Shown here: in pieces, positions 25,600 through 38,728 of the stretch | How positions within the stretch are numbered: the stretch's first letter is position 1 | How the letters are laid out: each line of letters opens with the position of its first letter | From: Negaprion brevirostris | Lineage: Eukaryota | NCBI GenBank assembly: GCA_030324005.1 | Contig: JARDVH010000025.1 | Coordinates: forward strand, 95,461,672-95,525,671 | Length of the DNA stretch: 64,000 bases | Direction: 5' to 3' | The notes under the pieces: generated by a model | Told to the model about the DNA's origin: nothing | The model's database searches: none | What the model saw: the letters and a program-made list of their open reading frames with translations, nothing else | Made by a program: the position numbers and the translations under genes

Positions 25600-27975
25600 G
25601 ATGGAATTAATTCATTACTTCATAATGAAAGAGAACCCCAGTATCAGTTATCATAATATGATTGAATTTTACATTCAGTTTTAAGAATACAGGAGCGGGC
25701 CTAAGTCTAGTAATTTAAGTAAGGACAATTATGAGAATATGAATGCAGAGCTTGCTAAGGTGAACTGGTAAATTAGGTTAAGAGATAGGTCAACAGCAAT
25801 GCATTGGCACACATTTAGGGGGTCATTTCAGAATACACTGACTGGATGCATTCCAATGGGAAAGAAAAATTCCAACGACAGGACTAAAAGGTCCATAAGG
25901 AGAGAAAAATTAAGAGTACAAGGGAACACTAACTGGAAGTGTAAAACGAAATAGTAAGAGATTCCATAAATATGTAAAAAGTAAAAGAGTTAATAAAGTG
26001 AGTGTTGGTCCAACAGAAAGCGAGTCTGGAGAATAAATAAGCAGATGGCAGATGCATTGAACAGTTATTTTGCATTGGTCTTCACTACAGAGAATTCAAG
26101 TAACACACTAGAAATGGCTGTATATCAGATCGAAGCGAGGGAGGAACTCAAGAAAATTACAGTCATCAGAGGAGTGGTACTGAGTGATACTGGGAGGGTG
26201 GTGGAAGCGAATTGCCTCACATCCTTTAAAAAGTACCTGGATGAGTATTTGGCACGCCATAACATTCAAGGCTATGGGCCAAGTGCTGGCAAATAGGATT
26301 AGGAGGGCAGGTCAGGGTCTTCCACTCGTTGGTGCAGACTCAATGGGCTGAAGGGTCTCTTCCAAACTGTAGGATTCTGTGATTCTGAGTAAATTGTCGG
26401 AGTTGTGGGCTGACAAGTCCCCAGATCCTGATGGATTTCATCCTAGAGTCTTAAAGAAGTGACTAGTGAGATAGTTGATGATTGGTTTAAATTTTCCAAA
26501 ATTTCCAAGATTCTGTGAAGATTCTATGAGATTGGAAAATAGCAAATGTAACCTCATTATTTAAAAAGGGAATGGGACAGAAAGCAAGAAACTACAGGCC
26601 AGTTATTTTGACATCTGTCATAGGGAAAATGTTAGAAGCTATTATGTTGTGGCAGGTCACTTAGAAAACTCTAAAGTAACCAGGAAGAGTCAATATGGTT
26701 TGGTGAAAGGGAAGTCACATTTAATCAATTCATTGGACTCCTTTCAAGAAGTAACATCTGCTATGGATAAAGGGGTTCTAGTGGATAGTGTACTTAGGTA
26801 TTTGATAGGGTGCCTCATCAAAGGTTGTTGCAGGAAATAAAAGCTCCTGTTGCAGGGGCATTTTAACTCATAATGCTCAATTGGAGAGTGCAGACATGAT
26901 GGGGTGAATGGCTGTCCACTACACCATAACAATTTTGTGAACATATTGGTATGGACAGAAGATTAGCTAGTTAACGGGAAACGGAGGCATAAATGGGTCA
27001 TTTTCAGGTTGACAAGATGTAGTGAATGGTGTGCCACAGGGATCAGTGCTGGAATCGCAACCTGCATAAATTATTTGGATGATGGGAGCAAAGGTATGGT
27101 TGCTGAATTTGCTGATGACACAAAGTAAGTTGTCAAAAAGGATATAAGGAGGCTAAAAATTGATATATGTGAGTGAGTTGCAAAGTTCTTGCAAATGGAA
27201 TATTAAATGGAGAAAAAGGAAAATTATTCATTTTGGCAGGAAGAATGAAATAGAAGCGTATTATCAAAATAGTAAAAGACTGCAGAAAAAGGAAAATTAT
27301 TCATTTTGGCAGGAAGAATGAAATAGAAGCATATTATCAAAATAGTAAAAGACTGCAGAATTCTGAGATTCAGAGGAATCTGGGTGTCTTAGTCCATGAA
27401 TCACAAAAAGCTAGTATGCAGGTGTAGCAAGGAATCGGAAAGTTATCATATACTGCAAATACTAAAGTAGGGAGGTTATGCTTCAGTTATGTACAGCGCT
27501 AGTGAGACCACATTTGGAGTGCTGTGTGCAGTATTGGTCACTTTACTTAAGGATGTAAATGCTTTGGAAGCAATTCAGAGAAGGTTGACTGGATTAAGAA
27601 CAGGAGTGGGTGGGCTGTATGAGGAACGGTTGGATGGGTAGGCTTATATCCACTGGAGTTTAGAAGAGCAGGAGGCAACTTTATTAAAACATACAAAGTC
27701 CTGAGAAGTCATAATACCGTGGATGTGGAAAGACTGTTTCTTCTTGTGGGAGAATCTAGAAACAGGAGTGATTATTTAAAAATAGGGTGTCACCCATTTA
27801 ATTCAAAGAAGAGGAGAAATCGGAGGGCCCTCAGTCTTTGGAACCCTCTTCATGAAGTGAAAGCAGAGTCTTTACATATTTTTAAGGCAGAGGTAGATGC
27901 AGTCTTGATAAGTCATGATCTTATTGAATGATGGAGCTGGCTCGAGGGCTGAGGGGTCCTAATTCTGCTTCTATT
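25600..27975 (+). mobile_element. Degenerate CR1 ORF2 with a nested CR1 3' end (about 26185-26390) and an internal 73-bp tandem duplication
   Basis: [40 protein letters not shown] motifs. Confidence 0.85.
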
Positions 27976-29109
27976 CTGTAAGAAAATGCACAAGGCAGCT
28001 GAATGCATAATTAATTTTGACAACTGACTTCTTCTAATCTCTCTTGGTGAAAACGCTGTAAAAATGGGAATACTATTTGTGCTATGGGATTTCTGCCCTC
28101 CTTCCAGTGGGAGATCAGGGAACCTGCTTGGACATCCTAAGCCATAATTTTTTCAAGTGCTTTTCCTTCCCTGACTTCTTCAATTCCTCTCCATTACGAA
28201 AATTATAAATCACACAAGAGGAGATTCTCTTTATGTTTCAGGTAAAGTAACATCATAAGCCTGTTTGCTTAGAAATAAATATCCCCCACTCCAATGTTAC
28301 TTGGATGGGTAAAATGGGTATAGAAGGGTATGCGCCAAACGTGGACAATTGGGATTAGCTTAGTCATTTTAAAAAAAGGAGTGGCATGGGCAAGTTGGGC
28401 CGAAGGGCCTGTTTCCATGCTGTGAATCTCTAACGCACTACTTTGTTTTGTCTGGAGTTTAGGGCACAGGATACAACTTCCTCTGGAATCTCTTGTAACC
28501 GTGATTCACCAACAGCAGGAATGCATTGTTGGGTAAGATTACCAGTGTAATTCCCCACTCAACCTAGCTCTTCTTAGAGTAGCACAATCTACACAGAGAG
28601 AATCCCCGCAATCTCTTTGTAGTATCATAATTGGATGAGATACTGGATGACTGAGTTGCCAGAGTGGTAAGGTCCGATGGATCAAAAGGCTGATCGCCTC
28701 TCTTGGCTGTGAGTGCACAGTCAAGAACCCCAGACTAAACCGGAACTTGCAACCGTGTAAGCTAGAGGAACAGGAAAAGCATTAAAACATGAGAATTCTC
28801 TCAGTGGCATCCTCTCTTAACAAGTGATACAATGATCACAGTCACCTTCGTCCATAACTCAAGTAGGCTTTGGGAAGCCACTGATATGAAAGCGCATTTC
28901 CATTGCGTCATTCATCTTTCAAACTGCAAGTTTTCATTTGCACTCAGTATTGTTCTGAGCATTAATTTAAACAGAACTATCTGACTCACCCAAATGTCAC
29001 AAAAAACGTCAACTGGGTGTCTCCCCTGCAATACTGGCTTACAGTTTGCAAGTCCGTGAATGGCAGGGGATTTAACACTGGGTCAAATCCTGCAGTAACT
29101 CAGTAAAAT

Positions 29110-29317
29110 CTAGAGTTGGTCCTGGTCAATCCAGACAGTCTTCCTCTGCTCCTCAATTATTTTTTCTTTGATGATTTTGATGAGCTCCTTAATGTTGCCC
29201 CATGCATCAGCTTCCACCGTTGTGTACAAGCAGGGGAGAGACTCCAGCTCACTCTCATTTGAACGACAGATCTTCAGGAACTCTTCCTCACCGCTGTCTG
29301 GCTTTGCTGGCAGTCTC
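29110..29317 (-). CDS. CARD11: Terminal coding exon of a CARD11 (CARMA1)-like MAGUK: C-terminal guanylate-kinase-like domain
   Basis: Encodes (R)RLPAKPDSGEEEFLKICRSNESELESLPCLYTTVEADAWGNIKELIKIIKEKIIEEQRKTVWIDQDQL*. This aligns end to end with the human CARD11 C-terminus as I recall it ([68 protein letters not shown]). Acceptor ttacag at 29323-29318, phase 2 as in human, TAG at 29112-29110. Orthologue versus paralogue is not determinable here. Confidence 0.88.
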
Positions 29318-31019
29318 CTGTAATTTAGGTACATTTAACTCTTTATGAATGTCAAACATCTTATTTCAGTGTCACCAGCACAACATGACAACATTTTAAG
29401 ACGGTCTAGAAAATGTAGTGTTGGAAGTTTGAAAAATCAATAGTTTAAGTGTGACTATCATTTTGCAGTCTGAATCAACATGTTATTTAGCATTATAAAC
29501 ATTAACATAGTCAGAAGCCATTTTGTGCTAAGAAGCCATTTCAAGAGCCAAACTAGATAACTAGTCAGCCTTAATTGTGAGACTAAGCAATGAATCAATA
29601 GATGTATTAGTAGGGTCAGTAATATAACCTTCAGCACAGAAATTTGTAACTTTTATGATTATAAACACTTAACATGATTTTGAGGATATAATTATTAAAG
29701 TCATGAGAATTGCAAAGGAGGAGTTGGCCAGGGGACACCTGCCCTCCGACTTTTGCTTCTTCTTTGTAGAAAGTTTAGGGTTACACCTTCATCTTTCTCC
29801 AAGGTGCTGATTTCTGACCTACCATTGCATCACTGGACTTCAGAGCACAGAAGGCAGCCATCTGGCCCATCCCATTGTGTTAACTCTTGGAAAGAGTTAG
29901 TCACTTATTCCCATTACTCTGCCCCTTGTATTGCAACCTTTAATTCTTTTCTTTTTCAATTATTTATCCATTTTTCTTTTTAAAGCTATTCTGGATTCTG
30001 CTCCTATTCTGGTAGGGTTTTCATATTCAACAACATTTTGCATTATAAAGTAAATATATTTTTTTTCCCTTCCTTCTTTTGGTAATGTTCATAACTTTAT
30101 GCTTTCTAATTATTGTGCAATGAAGTAGCTCTTCCCCATTTAACCTGCTATAATTCTCTATCATTCCAAACACCTCTATCAGTTGTCCTCTCAAGCTTCA
30201 CTATTCCCATGAAACTTACCGGTTTCTCAATTCCCACCCTCCCCCATATAATTATGGTATGGAAGTATCATCCCAGATTTGTGCTCAACCCACAACTTTC
30301 TGATCTCCACTGAGCCTAAACATTGGATGGGATGTAATCGTCCAGTCCCGCCCATGGAACATCCCTCCCACCCCCCAAGCCTAGGGTGCATACAATGGGA
30401 AAACCCGTTGACAATGGCAAGCCTGCAAGATCCAACCATTGGTGAGCCGCCTCCGCCACTGCAAAACACACCTGGTTGGAGGGAGAAGGGGACAGAAGAT
30501 CCCACCCAGTGATTCAAAAGACTTATGTACCACAGTTTTGATCCACCATTTGCTGAGATCGAAAAATATCGGACCCAGAAAATGTGAACTTCGCAGCTGA
30601 GATCTCATTTTCCCAATCTCCCCACCCCTGCCGGTAACTGAACGAGGTTCGCGCCCAGGAAGATTGGGAATCTTATTTCAATACATTGACATATAATTAG
30701 TGGGCTGCCCCACCATATTGTCTCCCCCAAACAATGAATTCCTCCCTCACTGACGTGACATTATGTCGGTGAGGTTTCTGACTTTTTTAAAAACAGGAAC
30801 TAGATGAATGGAACCTGCTGGATGTGCAATGGTATGTATAAACCCTGGGAGGAGAGAGAGAGAGACATGCCTGGGTAGTACCCTGGCATTGCCCCCTAGC
30901 ACTGCTCCCAGTGGGGCAGNNNNNNNNNNNNNNNNNNNNNNNNNNNNNNNNNNNNNNNNNNNNNNNNNNNNNNNNNNNNNNNNNNNNNNNNNNNNNNNNN
31001 NNNNNNNNNNNNNNNNNNN

Positions 31020-31255
31020 TAACCTGGGCTTAATGCTCCTTCCACTCACATTGTTGGCCACTTTAAGACTTGAATAGCAGGTTAGGTGTAAAGACTTGCA
31101 TTCTAATCAGTAATCTGTAAACTCTCTGTGCTGTTATATGCTCTGTCGGGGGCCAGAACTCTTCATTCACCTAACGAAGGGGCAAACCCCGAAAGTTTGC
31201 GAGTTTACTATCAAATAAATCGGTTGGATTTAAACCTGGTGTTTCAGACTTCTTT
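31020..31255 (+). mobile_element. Penelope-like element terminal repeat with degenerate hammerhead core
   Basis: cacctaacgaaggggcaaaccccgaaag...caaataaatcggttggatttaaacctggtg matches the Penelope pLTR pattern seen in the palindromes. Confidence 0.6.
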
Positions 31256-32000
31256 CTATGAGATAGCCAGTTACTTATCCAATTGGCCAAATTTACCACA
31301 TTCCCACACCTCCTTACTTTCTTCATGAGCCTACCATGGGGAACCTTATCAAATACCTTACTAAAATCCATGTATACAACATCAACTGCTCTACCTTCAT
31401 CTACACACTTAGTTCCCTCCTCAAAGAATTCAATCAAATTTGTGAGGCAAGACTTACCCTTCATGAATCCGTGCTGACTATCCCAGATTAAGCTGCATCT
31501 TTCCAAATGGTCATAAATCCTATCCCTCAAGACCTTTTCCATAAACTTACCAACCACCGAAGTAAGACTAACTGGCCTATAATTACCAGGGTCATTCCTA
31601 TTTCCTTTCTTGAACAAAGGAACAACATTTGCCACTCTCCAGTCCTCTGGCACTATCCCCATGGACAGAGAGGACTCAAAGGTCAAAGCCAAAGGCTCTG
31701 CAATCTCATCCCTTGTCTCCCAAAGAATCTTAGGATATATTCCATCTAGCCCAGGGGACTTATTGACCCTCAGATTTTTCAAAATTGCTGATACATCTTC
31801 CCTCAGAACATCTACCTCCTCCAGCCTATCAGCCTGTATCACTTTCATCCTCAAAAACATGGCCCCTCTCCTTGGTAAACTCTGAAGAAAAGTATTCATT
31901 CATTACCTCTCCTATCTCTTCAGACTCCATGCACAAGTTCCCACTACTATTCTTGACCAGCCCTAACCTCACCCTGGTCATTCTTTTATTTCTCACATAA
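31256..32000 (-). mobile_element. Young internal CR1 RT fragment (open over more than 200 codons)
   Basis: ORF 31171-31899: KSPGLDGIYPKIL...PEDWRVANVVPLFKKG...NYRPVSLTSVVGK...QHGFMKGKSCLTNL...YMDFSKVFDKVPH. Confidence 0.92.
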
Positions 32001-34779
32001 GCATGTAAGAAATAAGTTATGGGGATAGTGGGTGTGAAAGGCATTGAAATGATTAATCAGCCATAGTCATATTGAATAATAGAACTGGTTCAAAGGGCTA
32101 AATGGCCTATACCTGTTCCTATGTTCCTAGAGTCTATATCAACATTTGTAGATTTAAATTTCTGTCGAAAATATTTGCATAGTTCTTTCCAATTTATCAC
32201 ATATGACCATGTCAAAATCTCAAGATGTTATAAATTAAGACAGATAAGATTGTGACAATTTCATTGTATTGCTGCTCCTATCACTTTGCCATCTTCCACT
32301 TGGACATTGTAATATGCCTTTCAGGACTATTTACAAGGTAGTTTTTTTTAATTCATGGGATGTGGGCATCACTGGCTGGACCAACATTCATTGCCCTTCC
32401 CTTGTTGCCCTTGAACTGCTGACTTGCTCAGCCATTTCACTCCAGATTCACATTTCCTTATTTGGTCTGGCCCACAGTTGACTCCAGATCCACAGNNNNN
32501 NNNNNNNNNNNNNNNNNCATTGGTGAACCAGATGGATTTTTATAACAATCAACAATGCTTTCACGTGCATTATTATATTTTTAATCCCAGATTTTTATGG
32601 GATTCAAATGACACTGCTGCATGGCCAGGGCGAAGACCAGGACCCAAGACATTGCGTTGGTCTGGATTACTATACTATTACAATAGCAGTACACAATTGC
32701 CTCCCCTTGTCTCTAAAGTAACTATTTTACAAGTTAAACTGATGTAAAATTTGATATGTGTACTGTGATTACATACAGCAGGCAATCCAAAGTTGCACTG
32801 TAGAGCCTACTCCGCAATGCACAAGTACCATGGTACAGCACACAGCTTCCATCCCAGTTGGCTCAATTCTCATGTTGCGAGAGAGATAGCAGAAGTGCTG
32901 CTTCTCTTCACCACTAATAAAATTCACAATGTGAATTATACTCTTAACAGAGTATAATGTGAGACTCTGTGATAGAGGAGATCTGATCCTCTGCATCTTC
33001 AACACACTAAGCTGCTGGTAAAGTGTGTCCACTCAAAATGTTAACCCGCCAAAGCCTCTGAGAATTTATGTGTTCCTGATTCTGCCACTTGTGTTTCCAC
33101 CAACCTCTAATATCTGCAACCTGCATTTGTGGCTGTGCTTTCTACTATGCTCCAGGCTCTGCAATGTCCTTGCTAAATGTCTCCACTTAACAATTATCTA
33201 TTTAAATAAAACTTATGGCCATCCCTTCTAATATCTGCTTTGTTGCCCAACTTTTAATTTAAACACCTTCCAAGCATTCCAGTTTAATGAGACAAACAAG
33301 GCCAATAATTCAACTATTTCTTTATTTAATACTTCTGGTACCAACTCAAAAATAAACAGTGGCAACTCATTAACTCTTGACTGAACTTAAATGGCATATT
33401 AACTTTAACTTAACATCAACTTTGATTATTTAACTGAAAATAGATACCATCGAGTTTAGGAAAAACCTTGACCAAGAAGTATCCTTGATATAGAATCTAT
33501 CTTCTTCTTCTCTGAAGCATCCTTCAGGGTACCTATCTTCCTACGATGGTTGGTCTCTTCCGAGTTATCTCTGCCAAACAAGGACTCACATGTCTTTTTA
33601 CCTACAAACCTCCAGAAGAGTCTCTGTCATCCAGCCAACTGTGTACCAGAAATTACTTCTGAATGCCATTACACTTAGTTCATACTTCATGCTCCACACA
33701 TAATGGTAATAAATTGAAGCCACAATTTTTGGGTCAAATGACCAACACAGAAAGCTTCAGATCACAGCTCCCAGACCAGAGCCTTACCCAGAGCAACTTT
33801 ACAACCTGCATCTGGATTTAATTATAAGTTGACCAAAGACCCCAGCATGCTTAACTTTCAGCCAGAAACGCCATTTTAAAGCCACTATTGCCATTATTGT
33901 TGTTTAATTATTATTGTAGCTGTTCTTTCTCTATTCACAGTTTCCTTGGCTCAGCATTCATTTTTGTCTTGTTAGGCTTCTGTGAAGCATTAACTTTGGG
34001 ATCTTATTCTATGTTAAAGGTTCCGTTATAAATGTTGCTATTGCTTTTAGGATTTACATTTTCTGTCTTCTGATGCTCACAAATTTGCTCCATATTTCCA
34101 GTGTTTTTTTCAATTGTGATCTTCTATTCTCCACAGTAAAAGTGTAACTTTCTATATTTATCCCACAACTTATAAAACAAGATATGCCACAATGTTCTTA
34201 AATAAATGTACATTGTTTGATCCATCAACTATGTATTTTGTTTATGTTATCCCCTTACGATATGGGAACGAGAGAGGAGATATAACACCTGTAGGGTAAT
34301 GGGGCTAAACAAGGAATAAACAGACTAATTTCTCTACAATTCAGTTGATCATTGTGAATAAATATTATTCAATGAAAAGAACACAGTATCGGAAAAGTGT
34401 AAAAGCCCCATGAAAACAGAATTCTCACAAGGCCTTGGTTAGGAATCACGATGAATGCTCATATATATTAAATGTTTAAAGATTGTCACAACCTCAGCAG
34501 TTAACTGGAGGAAGCATCAAAGTAAACTTTAGTCACTAATGCAGGAACATTTGGACATTTTTTTGCCCTTATTTTCATGACCGCAAGCTTTGGCCTAGCA
34601 TAAAATTGTCAATTTTCACTTTGATACTGAATTTCAGAGGAGATGCCCCAAAAGCCTTAAACCATAAAAACATTTGTGATACTTATAATCCTACTTTGGG
34701 CAAGTAGAGAACACTGAGATCAAGGTTGAAAGCAAATCCTTCATTATTTTCAACAGACGTTCTTTTCACATCCCTTTTA

Positions 34780-35480
34780 TTCTGTCAGATTTGATGCATT
34801 TCTGGCTGGACTCCCACATTCTACTCTCTATAAACTTAACGTTATCCAAAACTTAGCTGCCATTTCTTAACTTGCAGTGAATCCCCTTTTGTCATTGTGC
34901 TCACAAACTTTCAGTGGCTCCTGGTCAAAACATGTCTTCCAGCAAGTACTTTTAAGTGCAAAACTAGTGTGATCAGTTATTGCCCAACACTATGCAAAAT
35001 AGTGATTTTAATTATTTAAAATAGCTCCTTATTTATTCCAAGCTTACAGTGAAGGATTCTTCCCCCTTAATGTTTGGTATGTATCAAATGGAAAGGATAC
35101 ACAAATGGTATCAGCATTCAGACTACCAAAGAGAAAGCTGACAACAGCACCATTCGGCAACTGGGTGTCTTGACTTTAAAAATCTCATTTCTGTTTTTAT
35201 TCTGTAATTTCCTCCCTCCCCAAAACTCTCTGAGATATCTGTGCTCCTCTAATTCAGGACTCTGATGCAGTCCCAGTTATAATTGCTCAACCATTGGTGT
35301 CTGTGCCTTCGAATGCCTAGGCCCATGTTCTGGACTTCTCCATCTACACCTCTGTGTCTCTCTACCTCATTCTCTTTCTTTAAGACAGTCTGCAAAACCT
35401 ATCTCTTTGACCAACCTTTTGGTCATCTGTCCTAATATATCTTTCTCTGGCTTGGTGCCAGACTTTGTTTTATAATGTGA
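34780..35480 (+). mobile_element. L2 LINE 3' region, split by a 227-bp insertion at 34939-35165
   Basis: L2-like ...cagtggctcctggtcaaaacatgtctt resumes as gactttaaaaatctcatt...gagatatctgtgctcctctaattc after the insert. Confidence 0.7.
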
Positions 35481-36482
35481 AGTAAAGCCTCATTTGATTT
35501 GATTTATTACTGTCATTTGTATTGGGTTATAGTGAAAAGTATTGTTTCTTGCACACTATACAAAACATACTATTCATAAAATACATAGAGGAGAAGGAAG
35601 GGAGTGGGTGCAGAATATAGTGTTATAGTTCATAGCTAGAGCATAGCGAAAGATCTGCTTAGTGTAAGGTAGGTCCATACAAAAGTCTGATAGCAGCAGG
35701 GAAGGAGCTGTTCTTGAGTCCGCTAGCAGTGTTTCATTTGGTTTAAAGGTGCTATTTGTATTTTAAAAGCTGTTGTTGTTGTTGAGATGTTACATCAAAG
35801 TTAATGAACGGAAAATTGAATCATATCATGATTTGTTGAGGAGGTTGCTGCAAAACCAAATGGCAAAAGTGCTTTGTAACTCAGTGTGGTATATGCCAAG
35901 TGAATGAGTGGCATCTAGTGGGGGGAGGTATAGGCTAGTCACCAACATAACATAAGGTCAGAGATCCCCTACCTTAAAACTAATTTAAGAACAACATTTA
36001 TCTTTGGTAATCAATGTATTTGGGCCAGGGGTGGTGGTAGGGTTAGTACCGAGGATCATTTAACACAAATATTCCCTCTTAAGGGATTTTCGATGGCAAT
36101 TAATTCTACATATTCTGCAACGGTTGTTTAAACCAGAACAGAGTTGATCACTTATCGGCAGAAGTTGGTATGAAAGACCTGTGGGAAACAGAACCCCCAC
36201 AGTGAATCAAACCCCATGGCTTGTATAACGTTAGTAAAAGTCAACTGAATGACTCTCACCCGGCGCTGAATGGCGCTGTAGTCAGCGTTCTCCTTCGTTG
36301 CCCGCATGCTGTTGCCGTTTGTGTATCCTCTCCAATTCGATACATATCAAGCATTAAGGGGGGGAAAAGAATCCTTCTTTATAAGATTGGAGTAAACAGC
36401 AAGCGATTTTAAATCATTAAAATCACTATTTTGCATAGAGTTCAGCGACAGCTGATGCACTTGAAAGTATTTGTTGGAAGAT
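34939..36482. repeat. Imperfect inverted repeat: arms about 34939-35167 and 36257-36482
   Basis: The reverse complement of the left arm aligns throughout with the right arm (e.g. tttgtgtatcct, cattaagggg..aagaatcctt, ttaaaatcactattttgcatag), roughly 75% identical by eye. Confidence 0.9.
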
Positions 36483-37539
36483 ACACATTGAGTAAATGTT
36501 ATACCAGCTACCCGGGAACGCTAACCCCCTGAAGAGGCGGTGGGGGGGGGGGGGGGGGAAGGCGGAAAAAATGCCGTTCCTCTTTTNNNNNNNNNNNNNN
36601 NNNNNNNNNNNNNNNNNNNNNNNNNNNNNNNNNNNNNNNNNNNNNNNNNNNNNNNNNNNNNNNNNNNNNNNNNNNNNNNNNNNNNNNNNNNNNNNNNNNN
36701 NNNNNNNNNTGAAATCATATCCTGAGACATATAAATAAAGTGCAAAGCGACAGGAATCTAATGTCAGTTACCGGTCTTCCGACTTAAGAAAGGGAAAAGG
36801 GCAATGAAGGGGGGAGGTTTAAAAAAAGTTCCTGGTATCCACGCAGCTTTGTCAGTCAGAGAGACAGTCTCATCATCATCCGGGCTGACGAACATAATGC
36901 AATTCAAGGAGTGCTTGATCGGGAAGGTTGTTTTTTTTTCCAATAGCGTTAACACGTTTCCAATTAGAGAAACGCCAGGGTGATCCGGTGGGACCGATTA
37001 CGTCTGCAAATAGTCAGTAAAAGGCTGGGAAGGATCTAACGAAAGTTACCGAACAAAAGGTTGCCAAGTGGACTTTTATTGTTTACCACCCACCTCAAGT
37101 CGATAATATCATATTGAACTACCACATGCATCATATACTATATAAGGCCCTACGCTTGGAGGCACGGCTGAAATGGTGTAGTTTATGGAATAAAGTACAC
37201 ACCGGCAGAAATTATTTATTCTGGGAGCAAGTTTCTACCTTTTCTGAACGGTGACAGCGGGGGGAATAAAAAGAACAGGAGTTGCAAGGAGAGGAAGCTA
37301 AGCTGGTTCTATATATATATATACACACACACACCTTGCTGAAGGCCAGTTTAAAGGTAAATGTATTGAATTTTTATTTTTAAGAATGGTGTGCGGATTT
37401 CAGAGATGCTGTTTTGAAGATGTGTTGCTACAGCTCAGCAATGCTGGCTGCTATTTTTCTTTGGATTTCTTAACCTACCCCCTCCCCCTTTGCAAAGTGG
37501 CAGAACAGCAGTAGAATTATGCTCACTTTTGTGACTTTT

Positions 37540-37859
37540 GCCTCATGTGCATCTATTTGAAAAGTTTGGGCGGAGGAGGCGCAGTCAGTAGATGGGGAGG
37601 CTGTTGGGGTGGGGGGAGGGCGGCTATGTCCATTTAATGGCCATTCTAACAAGCTGCGATCCGGTGCCGCCGGCGTTTAAACCACCGGAGAGTTTGCTCT
37701 CCAGTCCTGTGAAAGTGATCAGTGCAGATGGGAGTGAATGGATTGGCAAAGCAGAGCGCTGATCCAACTAAAGCTGTTTAAAGATCATCATGCCGCTGTC
37801 TTTCCTCTTTCAGTGCTGCCACTCGCGCCTGGGGAGGCTCTAATCTGATTTCAACAGCA
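37540..37859 (+). promoter_or_regulatory. ALKAL2 proximal promoter / 5' UTR within a CpG-retaining domain
   Basis: GC boxes GGGCGG at 37568 and 37618, G-rich tract 37606-37623, TATA-like TTTAAA at 37676, many CpGs from about 36200 to 38560. An acceptor-like tctttcctctttcag ending at 37813 suggests an upstream non-coding exon. Confidence 0.55.
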
Positions 37860-38121
37860 ATGCACGGACTGAGGTCGCTCTTACTCTTTGGACTTGTACT
37901 CCTCGTGATCAGAACTGGATTTTGCAAAGAGAGGACAGATCTCACGGAGTTGGGGGAGAACAAAACGCTCTTTAACTTAATATTGGAAATCATCAACCGG
38001 CTACAAAAACAGCACGGGGAGGCAACCAACGAGGTGAACTATTTCCCACAGGGTGTCGACTATACTTTTGACTCTCAGGAATTGCCTGACAATGAGGTCT
38101 ACCATAAAGAGGAGAGGGTTG
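37860..38121 (+). CDS. ALKAL2: ALKAL2 (FAM150B/augmentor-alpha) coding exon 1: signal peptide + variable N-terminal region
   Basis: ATG at 37860 in context cagcaATG. MHGLRSLLLFGLVLLVIRTGFC is a hydrophobic signal peptide. LFNLILEIINRLQKQH resembles human LLRLVVELVQELRKHH. Ends ...KEERV G|gtaagt (phase 1 donor at 38122). Confidence 0.93.
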
Positions 38122-38728
38122 GTAAGTACAGTTGGTCCATTGCTTCATATTGTTTCCAACCTGCCAGTGGGTGTTTTATTTTCCCCTTCTTACTGAGTTA
38201 AGATGATGGGTGGTAATTCACTTATCCTGTACCGAATCGAACCGGGAATAAAAAGAATGTTGAATTCCGGGATCCCCCGGTTATTGGGATCTGGGCACGG
38301 GTTAACATAACCGATTGCTGCCCCAGTGCCCCCGGGACCGTGAATGGTCAAAGGGTTATCTCGCTTTTCTCAATGCGGGCTGGTTTGAAGTGGAGGTGTT
38401 GGGGAGGGGGGAAGAAAGGCGCTGGGACAGGGGATGGCATACCAAGCAGCATTCGGGGAGGGCAGGAGACCAACAAACAGGCAGTCTTTACACAGTCGGC
38501 TCGGCACATTTTATGAATGGATACGGATGGGTGACTTGAGGACATTGACCGTCTGGTTTACAGTGGATGAGTGTGTGTGTGTATGTGTGCCATTGTGTTT
38601 TCTAAACCAGGGCAGCGCTACCAACTCTNNNNNNNNNNNNNNNNNNNNNNNNNNNNNNNNNNNNNNNNNNNNNNNNNNNNNNNNNNNNNNNNNNNNNNNN
38701 NNNNNNNNNNNNNNNNNNNNNNNNNNNN

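Noticed and set aside
36255-36308. Minus-strand mini-ORF MRATKENADYSAIQRR followed by a gtgaga donor, as a possible first exon spliced to the CARD11-like exon
   Set aside because: The donor is phase 0 but the CARD11-like exon needs phase 2; no homology support.
38122-38201. ORF-track extension of the 113-aa ORF beyond the donor (also the intron-spanning 45845-46192 ORF)
   Set aside because: Read-through into intron; homology stops at canonical splice sites.
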